From assembly GCF_009914755.1 (NCBI RefSeq), contig NC_060934.1: 64,000 nucleotides of DNA; one strand, 5' to 3'. Origin of the DNA: the human T2T-CHM13v2.0 reference genome, Homo sapiens. Below the pieces are notes generated by a model. That model was not told the origin of the DNA. It saw only the letters and a program-made list of their open reading frames with translations, and ran no database searches. The translations under genes and the position numbers were made by a program. Positions within the stretch are counted from its first letter, which is position 1. The number at the start of each line of letters is the position of its first letter. This document shows, one piece after another, positions 33,726 through 51,579 of the stretch.

Positions 33726-36179
33726 TAGACAACAGTGTATTTTTAAGCAGAACATCAGCTTTGGTCCCAATTTGGCTACTCCCTTTGGGTATCTCGGTTC
33801 TCCCTCCTATATCTGTCACATCAGGAACTGGTCAGATGATCTCTAAGGGTCCTTCTTCCAAGCTTCCCGATTCCCATTAAATATTTGTTTTGGAGATGGG
33901 ATGAGATATATTCTATGATAAAAGTTTTGTTATGCTAATAAGAAAACAAATTTTGTAGTACTTAAACAAGAATCCGGCGACATCTACGTATGTGTACATA
34001 ATCACACCTTGTATTTGTCTATTCACTCAGTCAAATAACGGGAAGTAAGCCGTGAAGAAAGGAATCCCCCAAAGGAGGCAGGAGCTTCGAACTCTGGACC
34101 TGTCCCCTTCCTCAATCTCTTCCTTCTCCCCCCTTCATTTCTGTTTTCCTCTTTCTGCTAAGTGGCAGCAGATAAGATCTCAAGTGCTCAATCTCTAGAA
34201 CTGGGGTAAGGCTGCCTTGTCAATCTCATGCAGATCCCTTTGGGTCAAGGTCTCATTTAGTCCTAACTCCTGTAATTCTCGAATGTTTAACAACACCCTG
34301 CATGCTACAAGAGCTAGTTCATGGGCTTGGACACGAAGTCGAAATTCCTTCAAGAGCTCTAATCCGCACCATTTCATACTATATAATGACTATGATTCAT
34401 CTTTTCTCCAATTATTTTGAATGAGTCAGTTTTATCCTAATAAAATAATCTCACAAAATGAAATCATTAAAAGAAATTCATATTTGCATGCTGTATTTGA
34501 GCTTTCAAAGCATCAATAAATGAGACTTTCAAAAAGTAAGCATGCCAGCACTTTAATACCCAAATGAGAAGTCCTTCCAGTTCATGATCTTGTGGAACCA
34601 AGCACTCATCTCACTGATATTCTCCCTGTAAACTGGCCTCAGAACCAGCTTCTCTCACTTCACCTTCCACCCAGGCTGGCAGCTACTCCTCCTGAACATC
34701 CACCTTGTTAATCAGATTGGATTCAAATGATGAATTTTTAAAAGATCAAATTCATCTTCCTGAGTTGAGTTCATTAAAAGTCATGAGCTCCGGTCTTTGA
34801 AGACCTTCTCAAAAAGAAGCTCCCAAAAGTCTGGGGCAAGGACACCAGCACCTATGTCATCGGACGATTTCCCTGGTGGTTGCTTTGTGGCATCTAAAAC
34901 TGACTTAGAAAAACACAAGCTGTGGCATCTGAGATCACCTCCTCGTCCATCTTATACTCTGCTGATCTGCACGGCGACCCCTAAGACACTGGGAATTGTT
35001 ATTCCCATTCTGACGGACAAGGAACGTGGGTACATCCGGGTCAAGAATTCCATTGACTGAGGTCACACTGGATGTTAGTGGGCAGAGAGACGTGACTGCA
35101 GCCCTCGCCTGCCTGTGTGTAGCTTGTTTCACTTCGGTAGAACATTAGCTGACCGGACACATTTTTGCCACACCGTTTTAGGAAAGGCATAGGATTCTGG
35201 CTTTCTTATAAGGTTTTTCCCACCATGGGATGGCCTCCAAAGAATTCCTCCATTCCAAAACCCTGAAATTTTGCTTCTACATGTGCTGGCAGGGTTACCA
35301 TTGGGGACTTCCGAAGACTACAGAGTAACCAGAATAATCTGGAAGAAACTGTGCTTCCGTGGAGCCCACCTGGCACTTGGAGCCAGCCCTCGGCTCCAGC
35401 CTACGGAGCACATGACGAATAACTTGAAAATAACACGCACTAAAACTTGAGTGTGTTCTTCCTGTCCCTTTAGATTTCCTCATTGGTGTCCACCACGCTG
35501 AGGAGGGAGGGAGATCTTCCCAAATGTGTCCCTTCCTCCTGTGAGCTCACAGCCCTCCGGCTCACCGCAGACCACCAGGCTCTGAGAGGGTCGAGGAGCC
35601 GACGTCTGGGCCTACGCAGGACATAAATTCCTGCCGGTGCAATTCAAACAACTGTCAGCGCTTCTAACAACTGCCAAGCCAAAGTGCTGTTTGCAGGACT
35701 GTGATGCTGGGAGCCTGGGCAGTGGCTAGGCCTGGGCTGTGTGAACCCAGAGAGAGGCACGACACTGGCCCGCTCACCCAACGCCTGGCCCAGGGCCACC
35801 GTGACAGGTGCCTGCCAGGACACCCGGGGAAACGGTGCCTCCTCTTCCATAGCCCACACTGTTCCAGCAGGGAATGCTGGCCTGAGAACCCTGCTTGTTG
35901 AGAACAAGGACATCAGGCTCAGAGCAGTCAGGGCTGGGTCAAACAGGAGACATGACAACCATGTGCCCCTAATATTAAATAAGATGTGTTTTCTCTCTCT
36001 TTTTCAGAATTTTCCCTTCATTTTAGAGAATTACAGGCACCCCATAGATCTCTGATAGGGATGAACAGCACACTTAAGTACTTATATTAGATCTTGGTTT
36101 TGGCTGGTTCACAAGTTGGAGAAGTGAATGAACTAAAGTGTCTTTTAAATGAGAGACAAATCACACTTTGGAAAAGGAG

Positions 36180-36515
36180 GGCCAGGCGTGGTGGCTCACA
36201 CCTGTAATCCCAGCACTTTGGAAGGCTGAGGTGGGAGGATCGCTTGAGGCCAGGAGGTGGGAGACCAGCCTGGGCCGCAGAGCAAGACCCCGTCTCTACA
36301 AAAAAATAAAAATAAAAAATAAAAAGCCAGCTGAGCATGGTGGTGTGTGCCTGTAGTCCCAGCTACTTGGGAGGCTGAAGTGGGAGGATCATTTGAGTCC
36401 CAGGAGGTGGAGGCTGCAGTGAGCTATGATCGCACCACTGCACTCCAGCCTGGACAACAGTGCCAAGACCCTGTCTAGAAAAATAAAAGAAAAAAAGAAA
36501 AAGAAAAAGAAAAGG
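36180..36515 (+). mobile_element. Alu (AluJ-like)
   Basis: Alu consensus. Confidence 0.9.
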
Positions 36516-37156
36516 AGGGAGTAAAGGGGAACTGCCGCTCTATTCTTATTCCTACATAAATCTGGGGCCCTCTAGTGGCTGAAATCTCCCAGCTACAGGG
36601 TAAGAACCTGGAGTTTGTGGAGACAGGGAGACAGCCTCTGGCTGGGTGGGATACCGAAGGGTGGATGGTTGGGGCGGGGGCCGGCAGGCGGGAAACACAG
36701 GAGCCTCCAGCCGGTCCCTCTAGGGCAGAACACCATAGAGGCGTGAGGTGGATTCTGCAACAGTTCAGGGAGTTCCACTAAGTCCTTACATGCCACCAAT
36801 TTGCCAAAGTGAAAGGATGGCTCTTTTTTTCTTTTCAATAGTCTTTTTCCCTAAATAAGAAAGCTCAGATGCCACTGTTTCTGACATTGTGGAAATAAGA
36901 TTTCTAAAGGCCTAACATACTCTTTAAGCAATAGCAAAGGTTTTATCCCTAAATAACATAAGAATTATTTAATTCGCAATGTTTCTCAAAGAAGTTCCCA
37001 AACAGGGATAATTTAAACACACATCATTTGGACAGTCAGAAAATAGCAATTTTACTAATCCGGTGGGAAAAGTCGATTGCATCCTAAGTTTTTTGCTGGT
37101 TATGGTTCAAATTTGACATTCACAATGTCAGAAAAGATGAAAAAAAATTTTTTTAA

Positions 37157-37470
37157 GGCTGGGTGTGGTGATCACGTCTGCAATCCCAGCACGTTGGGAG
37201 GCCTAGACGGGTGGATCACTGGAGGTCAGGAGTTTGACACCAGCCTGGCCAATATGGTGAAACCTTGTCTCTACTAAAAATACAAAAATTAGCCAGGCAT
37301 GGTAGTAAGTGCTTGTAATTCCAGCTACTTGGGAGGCTGAGGCAGGAGAATCGCTTGAACCCAGGAGGGGGAGGCTTCAGTGAGCCAAGATCGTGTCACT
37401 GCACTCCAGCGTGGGCTACAGAGTGAGACTCTTGTCTCAGAAAATAAACAAATAAATAAATAAATATAAA
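37157..37470 (+). mobile_element. AluS
   Basis: Alu consensus. Confidence 0.9.
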
Positions 37471-37624
37471 AATAACTTTTTAATATGTTTCCTTGAGCAT
37501 CAAACATATTCTAAAAAAGGAGTGTATGGAGGTTTTCCTATAATTTCTTAGTTTCTATGCTTTTTGTCTACAAATGGGGATAATATTGCTTTCTTCTGGA
37601 GGCTGTCTTCAATATTAAATGAAA

Positions 37625-37925
<301 letters not shown>

Positions 37926-39647
37926 AAAATTAAATGAGAGATCATGTACAAAATGTGGAAGGCAGTCTGTGACGCTGGGTAGCACTGAGCACTGAGAACT
38001 TAATATAGTCAGGCCCTGGACAGGGGAGAGACTGACACAACAAGGCTGAAGAAGACAGACCTGCCCTCCTTAGTGGGGACAGGCATTTATAAAAAACGAT
38101 GAAGGAAATCTGCAAATTCCAGACTCTATTTCTGAGACTCTGAAATGTGAACTTGGATGTGTAATTTGAAATATAAGCCCTGTTAAGAGCATGTGAACTG
38201 AGAAAATTCATGAAGAAAGAAGGTGTGTCTTTCTAACACTGCTGTCTAGCTGGGATTTCTGTCCTCTCACCGTATTCTCCTGGTTAGAGCACACGGGGTT
38301 GGCTGCTCTAACACTAATCTGAGCGCACCGCGGTCTCACCATGGACCAGGGGAGAGTTGGAGACGTGGCCCCTGGGTCAGCTCTATTCACTACGTGGCCC
38401 TGGAGGCTACCGGAGCCGAATCCCTCCTTTGGTAAAATGAGGCAGTCAGAGGCGGTTAGAATAAAGTTTGGAAGTCCTATGATTTTATATATTTCTTTCT
38501 CAAGAAGGAAAAGTAAAGCCCAAATAAATGGAGGAATAACATTCTTATTTTAAATAGTTTAAGCTTCATTATTTCATTTTCACAAAAGGGAGGGATTAAA
38601 GTCTCATGGAAAAGCTATCATGGATGAATTGTAAATATATGTAATTTAGTCACTTTCAGCAAAGTACAAATAAAAGTACTGTGAAGGTAAGGGGGAAAAG
38701 ATCACTGGCAATATATTTTGCATTAGTGTAATTTATTACAAGCATAGCTGCTAAATAAAGTGTCCCTTGTTCTTTCATAAATGTATTTTAACAAACTGAA
38801 TAGCTGAATATCAATCAAGCATTCCTTTCTATCATGATTCTGAACAGACTGGGCTCAGGGATCTCTTGGAGACCATGATAAGTTATGGCTTCTGTTAGCC
38901 AGCAGGTGTGTGTGCTCACCCATTCAATTCTGAATACACTTCCGGGCTGTTCACAGAAACTTTACAGCCATCCTTGAACGCCTTACATGTCCACAAAGCC
39001 CAAGCTAAGAAGCTACGTCTTTCCAGTATCTCACTTTTAAAAATGAGAATTTTACAGTAGGATTAAAGCTTTCAGAAAAATACAGGTCAACTAAAATTTA
39101 CCAAAAAACAGGTAAGTAAATCAGGAATTATTGCTTAGTGGATAGACACAGGACTTCTTCATCAAAAGTCCTAAGTCCAGATGGACAGAATATTCCCAAA
39201 GATGGGAAGGCTCCTTTAAAAGCCTTTGAAAGAAGGGGGCATAATATTAGTATTTCCCACTGGGGAATACCCCAGGGATATTTTCTCATGTGTAAAACAT
39301 CAGAACTTGTGTATAAGTGATATTTATTGTTAATTTCCTTAAATGATCTCTCTTCTTCCTCACCTAACCAGTTGTCAATATTTGGGTTTCTGGGATGAAA
39401 CTCTCTTTGAGCCCCATTTTCGTGGAAGAGAACTTCAAGCCTCAATAGGCCCAACTGCTTCCCCGATTGAAGACATCCCTCTCCTCATTGCACTGTCCCC
39501 TCTGCCCCTTCCCTATGCCCCTCAGCCTGCCAGGTCTAACTTATCATGAATTTTAAGTAAGTAAAGGAGAAAGTAAGTCAGATTTAACAATGTGATTAAT
39601 TTGTCAGTTGAAAAAGATAGCATCTATTATTTTACAAATAATGTTCA

Positions 39648-40336
<689 letters not shown>

Positions 40337-41459
40337 TTAGTATAGTCTTAGGCAGTTTGAAATGTATCTAGAAAAATAAGAGTGGTCAGTGAAGCCTGCA
40401 GACTTCCGTGTGGTGGGAGGTGCTGAGGAAGGGTGGAGGTTGGCAGAACTGTGGGAACAGGCGATGGAAATGGTTCTCCTAATATGGAGTTGACAAGATT
40501 TTTCTTCACCCAGTTTTCCTATCAACTATTCCATCATGTTTTTTTCCTACTGAATACTTTCTCCTTTTTTTGTACAAATTTATGTGGTGCATGAGAAATT
40601 TTGTTACACATATAAAATGCATAGTGATCAAGCCTCTATTTAGAATGTCCATCACCTCAGTACAATACGTTTTTATTTAGTCACCCTACTCTGCTATCAA
40701 ACTCTGAATTTATTCCCACTATTGCATCTTTTGCTGCTTAATTCATCTGTGGTTAAGGGTTAACAAGGAAAACACATCCCCAAGGTAATTTACTTCCAGT
40801 TCTCTGTATCTGTCTAATTTAAATATATTCCTCTGCACCCTACGTCATTCTTTTGAAAGAAATTAGGCTACTGTGTTATTTGATGCTGAAATGCAATCTT
40901 TCAAGCTATTACCTGACATACAATTTCTAAATGCAGTTCAGAAAAGTCATCCATTTTACAATCTGTAAAAGAAACAAAACTTGGATTCTAAGTCCAAAGA
41001 TATATGCCCTCTATGTAAATTTATCTTCACTCCCTCTACACATATTTTACACAAAGTCACAAGTGGTTTGTGCATTCAGTATGAACCCTGTGTATCTAAA
41101 AGGGGAAGAGCCAAGATTTCAGCTCCTGTCATTAGATAGTCCAAGAATTTAATATTATAAAAGATATTGGGACAGTGGAAACAAATAAATAAAACAGAAG
41201 TCTGTTTCTGTTTGTTTTCTCATCTGAGTCTGGAACCAGCCCTGTCCAAACCAGGCTCATTACCAAACCAGGCTCATGAGCAAAGGCAGTTCACTCTCAA
41301 ACACCTCAGCTTCCTAGAATTACTCCAGGACAACAGCACAGTCCTGTTAGAAGCTGAATGTATGATTTCATCTCTTTGCCCATCACCGAGATTGTTTTCT
41401 AAAAGCAAGCTGTAAGCTCCTCCCCGAGAGAATTACTTTTCGCTCACCGAATCTCATTA

Positions 41460-41774
<315 letters not shown>

Positions 41775-42496
41775 TCAATCCGTGGGCACACGGCGGGTGA
41801 CCCAATCCACTGGGATTTATGCAAATCTGCAGCACGCTACACTCTGTGAGAAAACCAAACTTCCTGGAGGGTTACCCACACAGCAAAATGCTTCGTGGCA
41901 ATTGGTTTCTCTCCTGTGTGCGAGACACAGGAAGTCAGCTTTAACTATTTACTCCAGAATGGTTCTATTCTCCAAAATAATACCTTAACATTCAAATGTG
42001 CTATACTCACAAACGCAAACCCCTATTATAACTTACACTGTACTGTTTCATACAAACGTAGAAAGAGGATGAAGGGCCCACGCAGTGTAGCTTGCTAGCC
42101 TGCAAAACAGGCATGCAGGAAGAAGCACTCTAGCGATTCAGAGACTGGGGTCAAGTCTTTCCTGAATTCCTTGTGCTTACCCAGCCTGGACCTTTGGGGT
42201 CATCAATTTCTAAAAGGGGCCACCAGAACTAAGCAGCTCAGAAGGCCATTGTGTGAGTGACCAAAGTCAACAGAAACTCCATGAAGATGTGTGAAAGCTC
42301 TTCCAGTAGTTTTATTGCTGAAAACTTGATGTATCCTCTAGTCAGATCCAGGGAAGAATAGGATTCCCGCTGAACTTTTAACCAATACTAGCTGTAAACT
42401 GCCTATAGAACTTTGTTAAAAGCCATCATAGACACAGGACAAATCAAGCAGAAACTAAAACCCAGTGGCTTTCTAAAGCTTTAGGGGCACTGGTCA

Positions 42497-43099
<603 letters not shown>

Positions 43100-43510
43100 T
43101 TAAAAAGCTGCTTGAAAAATATCATCTATATAAATCCTGGTTTATGAATTGACAGAAGCTGAAATACTCGATTTGATGCAGTTTCACTGTTTCTCTTAGT
43201 GGAAAACCATTCCTGGACATAGTTATATAATACGTCTCATTAAACAAAATCCTCTGGGTGAAACACAGTTGGGCATACTATTTTTTTCTCTCCAAAATGG
43301 ACTCATTCTAGATATTTCAGCAAGCAAGGTATGAAAACAAAAAAAGAGCAACATACTTGGTAGAATTCTCATTTTTAGGAAGAAAGCTATTACCAAATCA
43401 CCTACAGGTAGCAGTTTCCTGGTAGAGCACCTTAATTACATCATTGACCTCAGAGGAATACTGCAGTGCTATAATTTAAGAACACACACACACAAACTGC
43501 AATCGGACTA

Positions 43511-43783
<273 letters not shown>

Positions 43784-44396
43784 TCAGCAACACATATACC
43801 AACAAACAAAAGCACACCGCTAAGTTTCTACGTTAACTTTCTGCCAAGTGTCACATCATTTTGCAAAGGGCTTCTTTTTCCCTAAGCACGTCTAGGACAG
43901 AGGCAGGCAGCTGTTCAGCTACTCAACAAGCAGAGTCGGCACAGGACACTTAGCATCATCACTTCTACAAAGAGCAGACTTTGAGCTCCGAATTATTTCT
44001 ACAAAACGAATTTCCTGTTTAAGACATTGAAGTCAGCTTGGCTATACCTTATCTTAGACAGAGAGGCGGCATTGTTAGTATCGTAATAAGTAGAATGAAA
44101 GGGAGTCACAAAGTATTACCTACGGTGTATTTAGACCTTATCTAAAGATATGGTTCAGAAGGTGGTCTTTCATTTTAAATAATTAGGAAACGATATAGTC
44201 CTCTGTCAACAACATAACAGAAGGTCTTGATTTTTACTTGCTAAAGACAAATGGCTTAATTTTTAAAGAGTCACTGCTTCAGCTTAGCATTTACTCTCAT
44301 AGGTTCCTACCAGTTTTCTAAAAGGTACTTAAATCTGCAATTTCCAGTAACCAGAGGAGTAAAGAAAATTTCAGGTGATTATAAATCCCTCCAACT

Positions 44397-44690
44397 GGCC
44401 AGGTCTGGTGGCTCATATCTATGGAAGGCCAAGGCAAGAGGATCACTTGAATTTAGGAGTTGGAGACTAGCCTGGGCAACATCGTGAAACCCCATCTCTA
44501 CAAAAAATATAAAAATTAGCCAGGCTTGGTGGTGTGCACCTGTGATCCCAGCTACTCAGGAGGCTGAGGTGGGAGGATCGCTTGAGCCTGTGAGGTAGAG
44601 GCTGCAGTGTGCAGTGATGAAGCCTGGGCGACAGAGCAAGACTCTGTCTCAAAAATAAATGAATGAATACATAAATCAGTAAATAAATAA
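44397..44690 (+). mobile_element. Alu (AluJ-like)
   Basis: Alu consensus. Confidence 0.85.
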
Positions 44691-45275
44691 ATAGCTCCCT
44701 CCAACTTCCAGCTAGAAGAGAAGGAAAGCCTGAAGTCTTCACGGTCAATATGAATCTCTAGGGGTTTGTAATGCACTATATCTTCTGTCCCTGACCGATC
44801 CAATTGTCAGATCTAGTAAAGGAGATATTCTGCCTTGATTCTAGTGAATCCCCAATGCACAGGCTATCCCAGGCCAAAGAGTAGCCAGCTTCCATATTCC
44901 AGGTGTATAATGAGGCCAGTGACAAAAAAGCCACCTGAGCCTCAGAGTCCTCCGTGGACCTCGTGCAGTAACCAGGAGGGCAGGGAAACCCACTTCTCCG
45001 GGAGGGCCCTGCTGTGGGTGTACCAGCTTTATCCCGGCACTGCCATTATTTTTAGCTTTTGCGGTTTGGCTCATATAACAGTAAAATGAAGGGATATGAC
45101 CTGATGTGAGGACATAATTTTAAAGCACCACAATCTGAAACACGACAGTAAAACATCTACGTTTAGACACTACAAATTGTTATTTTCCCAGTCCCAAAAT
45201 ATAATGGCATTGACTCTATAAATTAGAAAGAGGGAGGATTGTTTTCAGTCTGTATTTGTGTCTACAGGTGTTTGA

Positions 45276-45653
<378 letters not shown>

Positions 45654-46011
45654 AATGTCCCATTTTTCTATTAATCTTTATTAAGTGCTATAACAGTATT
45701 TAGATGAAGAACAAAATTTTTGAGGGATGACCATTATTATGAAAAACAAACAAAGCAACTGGATACGTGAGTTAGTGTGATCCTAGTTCTAACACATAAC
45801 ATATGCAGAGAGACAAAATGTTTTCCCACGCACGCCAGCATGTGGTTATCAGCACCTTGTGCTATGACAAAACAAAATGCCACGCATTCTGGAACAACTC
45901 ACGGCATTGACTTGTTTGTCAAACAAACGACAGACATTCAAGACTTTAGGATGCATCTGCTGTTCGGCACCTTTGCACCGGGTGCCGCATGCATCTGTAT
46001 CTGTCCAGTAC

Positions 46012-46107
46012 CTGGCAGGCTGCACAGCGCTCCTAGCTACAGTGGGGCTAGGAAGTCTCGCCATTACAGGGTGGGTGCCCCCAGAACACGAAGCGGGGAT
46101 AGGTTCA
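46012..46107 (-). CDS. SVIL: SVIL exon, 96 nt, archvillin-type cassette [10 protein letters not shown]...AVQPA(R)
   Basis: ttttaaag|TGAACC...GCCAG|gtactg; symmetric phase 2. Confidence 0.93.
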
Positions 46108-46364
46108 CTTTAAAAGCAATTGCCAAAGAGGAAACATTCATAAGGAGAGAGAAGAAAAGAAGCATTAAGGACAGCATAGTTTTAAATTCAGAAACGTTAA
46201 ATCAAAAATTTTAACAGAATATTTTGCTAATTATTTTTGGGGAGAAAAAATCACGAAAGAACTTCAAAAGCAAATACAAACTCAGGAAATAAGAGATAGT
46301 GGCTACCCAAAGCAAATGGGGTAAGAATAGGTGTTCAGAGCTGGGAGGATTTACTCTGTCTTGA

Positions 46365-47092
<728 letters not shown>

Positions 47093-47416
47093 TAAAAGTA
47101 TCAGTGTTCTTATACAATCTATAGGCACATCAAGGTAGATTTATTGAGCCTTAAAATGGGATTAATTTTTCTTATATTTACTGTTTTGCTCCCATGGGTA
47201 TCTGCCTGTTATTTTACACCAGCCATTCAAATATTTCTTTTTTTAAAAAACAAACTGATTTGCAAAGAGTTCCTAATGAGTGCAAGGATATACTTAGCTA
47301 CAAATGCACCAAGAAACTGAGGAACAACTCGGGGAGGAACTGTAGGCAGCTGATCTAACAGCAGGTCTACAGAACGGGGCACTGACATAGAGGCCTTTTG
47401 GGATGTCAATAACCTA

Positions 47417-47800
<384 letters not shown>

Positions 47801-47971
47801 ATGCCCCCCGCAAAAATAAGAAAATTTTTCACTTGATTGAAGCAATGATCTCTGAATGAACTACTCTGGGAAATTAATTCTGAATATATTGAAACATATT
47901 ATTCAAAACAAACTTCCTATTGTTTGGAAAGTTATCAAACTGCAATTTAATTTTTAGAAATTTCTGGCAAT

Positions 47972-48328
<357 letters not shown>

Positions 48329-48754
48329 TTATGGATGAAATGGTAAGACCTCTAGTGTTTGCTTGAAAATAGCACAGGAGGAAAGGGGAAATGAATGGCA
48401 CACGGGCTGAGCATCACCGGCCAGGAGCGGGTGACCGTGGAAGCTGGGGTTTCATCACAGCAATCCACCAAGTTTCATGTTTCTATTTTCCGTTGTCAAA
48501 GAGATTTTTAAAATATCAATATGCAGAGACAGAAACAAAATAGAACAAAAACTCCTTTCAAGTTTTTCTAGAAGATACACATCCCATTACAAAGTTTAGA
48601 GAGACCACAGTAAACAAAATCCCTTAGTACTAACTTCTCTGTGGCTTCTAGCTAAATCACCTCCCCAATGCCTCATTTTCATTGAACACTCTTTAAATGT
48701 ATTTTTTTAAAAAAAGACACTATAGACAAGGCTGAGAAGTCCTGTGGGCACTTA

Positions 48755-48895
<141 letters not shown>

Positions 48896-48932
48896 CTAAG
48901 ATTAGAAGTATTGTGGAACCCTTATAAATTCA

Positions 48933-49240
<308 letters not shown>

Positions 49241-49504
49241 ATAACAAAGAAATTCAAGGAAAGGAAATGGGGGTAGTAAAAATTCTTCACTTTGTTCTCC
49301 TACAGGACCTACAGGAGGGGTCACTAATGAGCACCTCGTATTGTTGTCAGAAGTGTACACTCATGCTGTGTCCATGAGGTGGCCACAACCAGCCAAAGAT
49401 TAGGAAGAGAACAACAGGTGGGCCAGAGGCAGGAGGGCCTTAGCATGCCCAGAGGTGCATGAAGTAGGCTGGGTCCACAAGATTCCCCCTCCCTAAGGCT
49501 TACA

Positions 49505-49620
49505 ATTTTTATTTTTTTTGAGATGGGGGTCTCACTGTGTTGCCCAGGCTGGTCTCAAACTCCTGGCCTCAAGTGATTCTCCTGCCTTGGCCTCTCAAAT
49601 AGCTGGGATTACTGCACCCA
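49505..49620 (-). mobile_element. Alu monomer (FLAM-like)
   Basis: antisense monomer. Confidence 0.8.
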
Positions 49621-49657
49621 GTAGGGATCTCTATTCAAGCACGTCAGCACAGCTTAC

Positions 49658-49719
49658 CCTGAAAAGCAACCTCTTGGCGGCGACGCTCAGCTTGGCTCGT
49701 TCATCCACCTTTTCTTCAT
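49658..49719 (-). CDS. SVIL: SVIL exon, 62 nt, (D)EEKVDERAKLSVAAKRLLFR
   Basis: ttttgcag|ATGAAG...TTCAGG|gtaagc. Confidence 0.95.
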
Positions 49720-50304
49720 CTGCAAAAAGCCACAAATTAAAAACTGGACATCATTAGAGAAGGTTAAGTTCGGTCTCCAAAAAGTCTTTCAGGGCTGACC
49801 TGGAAATCTTTGAATACAACAATAGGTGCACTAAAATAATAATTGGTGGTAGTTTCCCCTTGCAGGGAGCCCATTCTTTCTGCTCAGTGAAAAGGTACTA
49901 ATTTCCCTTGCAATTCAACCCAGCCAAACCAAAGCAAACTCTGTCCAGGGATTTCTACTCTAACGTTTGTCTGATCGAGATTTCATGAATATATTTTATG
50001 GGGGGAATTTCTTTTAGTTTTAAATAGTAGCAGCAGCAACAACAAGAAGAACCTGCTCCTTTGGTTTGAATTAGTTGTTTTTACATTGGTCACTGTATGA
50101 TTCTCTAACTGCTCTCAAAAAGAAGGGAAAGCTTGTCTGAAAATTTCAACTAGATTTTATCATATCCACAGAACGAAAACCTGCAGCAAAGAGAGACACT
50201 GTTATGCTCCATCATCTTACTCTCTCAAAAAGCCAAAAACCTTATTATTAAATCCAGTCTAGATGAGATAATAAAGAAGAAAAAAAAGGGAAACAGGTAC
50301 TTGC

Positions 50305-50339
50305 CATCGACAGTTGGCGTTTCTGAATGTGAAGTGCAC
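50305..50339 (-). CDS. SVIL: SVIL exon, 35 nt, CTSHSETPTVD, with GC 5' splice site
   Basis: ttcctag|GTGCAC...CGATG|gcaagt; only the GC donor keeps frame with the next exon. Confidence 0.9.
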
Positions 50340-51052
50340 CTAGGAAAGACATTAGCAAATAACAATAATACATTAGCAGGTGGGAGCAGAAGATCGAAAT
50401 AAAACATCATACTGAAAGTAAAAATAAAAATGCAATTAAATTCTTTTAAGAAATAACCTCCTGGTAGCAATTCTAGTTGTGAAAACACACATACAGTTGT
50501 GAAGCAACACTGTGGAGCGTGTGTGCACACAATCCCAGCCAAGTACACACCCCGTGGAGAGAGACCAGGCACAAGAACAACTTGTTAAACACCACTGATG
50601 ACAATTTTCCAGACAAATCTTACCATTTCTATGCAATAGTATATGACACTTCAGTATAAAACTCAAATACAACAAGTAGATGGACATTTATAAAATGAAT
50701 ATAAAATTCCTCAGTTATTTTCACTGTAAAATCTGGTGAATATGCAATCTGGAGTCTAATTTAACAAGGGGTAAAAAACATTAAAACCATTAAATAAAGA
50801 AAAATAATGTTTCTTACTTCTTATCATCTGAATGCAATGTAAAATTGTGTATGTATCATAATACCGCTGTAAAGGCTAACATTCTTTAAAAAGACTTTTA
50901 AATAAGCCAAATAAATAACGCTTATAGGTTAGATGGAACAATTATGGAATCGCCAACATCCTATATAAATAGCGTCAAGACCGTCAGTGTGGTAAAACTC
51001 CTGTGTCATTGCCACGTTCCTGGATGAGGAAACTGCGCATACGCATGCCTAC

Positions 51053-51223
51053 CTATCCGATTCCTTTCGTTCTGCTGAAGTTATAGGTTGGGTTCTAAAT
51101 CTCTCGGAAGTTTTTCTACTTTCACCAGGAGAAAAATAGCGTCTTGGTTTCCGGGACCCTCTCTCCCGTTCCACACCGGTGGGCAAGCCAGGTCCTTCAG
51201 CCGACCTCTCTACCCGTGATTTG
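51053..51223 (-). CDS. SVIL: SVIL exon, 171 nt, archvillin-type cassette [10 protein letters not shown]...RKESD(R)
   Basis: ctcaaag|CAAATC...GATAG|gtaggc; 81+930+171 nt = 394 codons. Confidence 0.95.
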
Positions 51224-51579
51224 CTTTGAGAATCAAAGGGCAGAGAGTATAAGGAAGGCAAACGAAGACAGAGAAAGAGAAGACGGCAAAGGATTATGCA
51301 TCTCCGTGAGTCAAGGGACAGACACCACCAAACCCCTCTTCATGCCTCTACCATGCACGTAAGGAAGGAGACATTCCAGACACCCAATCCACTAGTTCCC
51401 CATTAGTAGGCAGAAGCAGAGTGGTAGTTTTTGAGCCATTTTCCGCATAGTCGCCCTGCACGCACTTGTGAGCTAAGCTAATATGATTCAATGCAGAACA
51501 CAACACAGGTCGAGGAGTGAATCATTCTGCCAGGGACGTGCAAGTGACACAGCTGGAGGGCGTGTGAAGCATCACCTAC

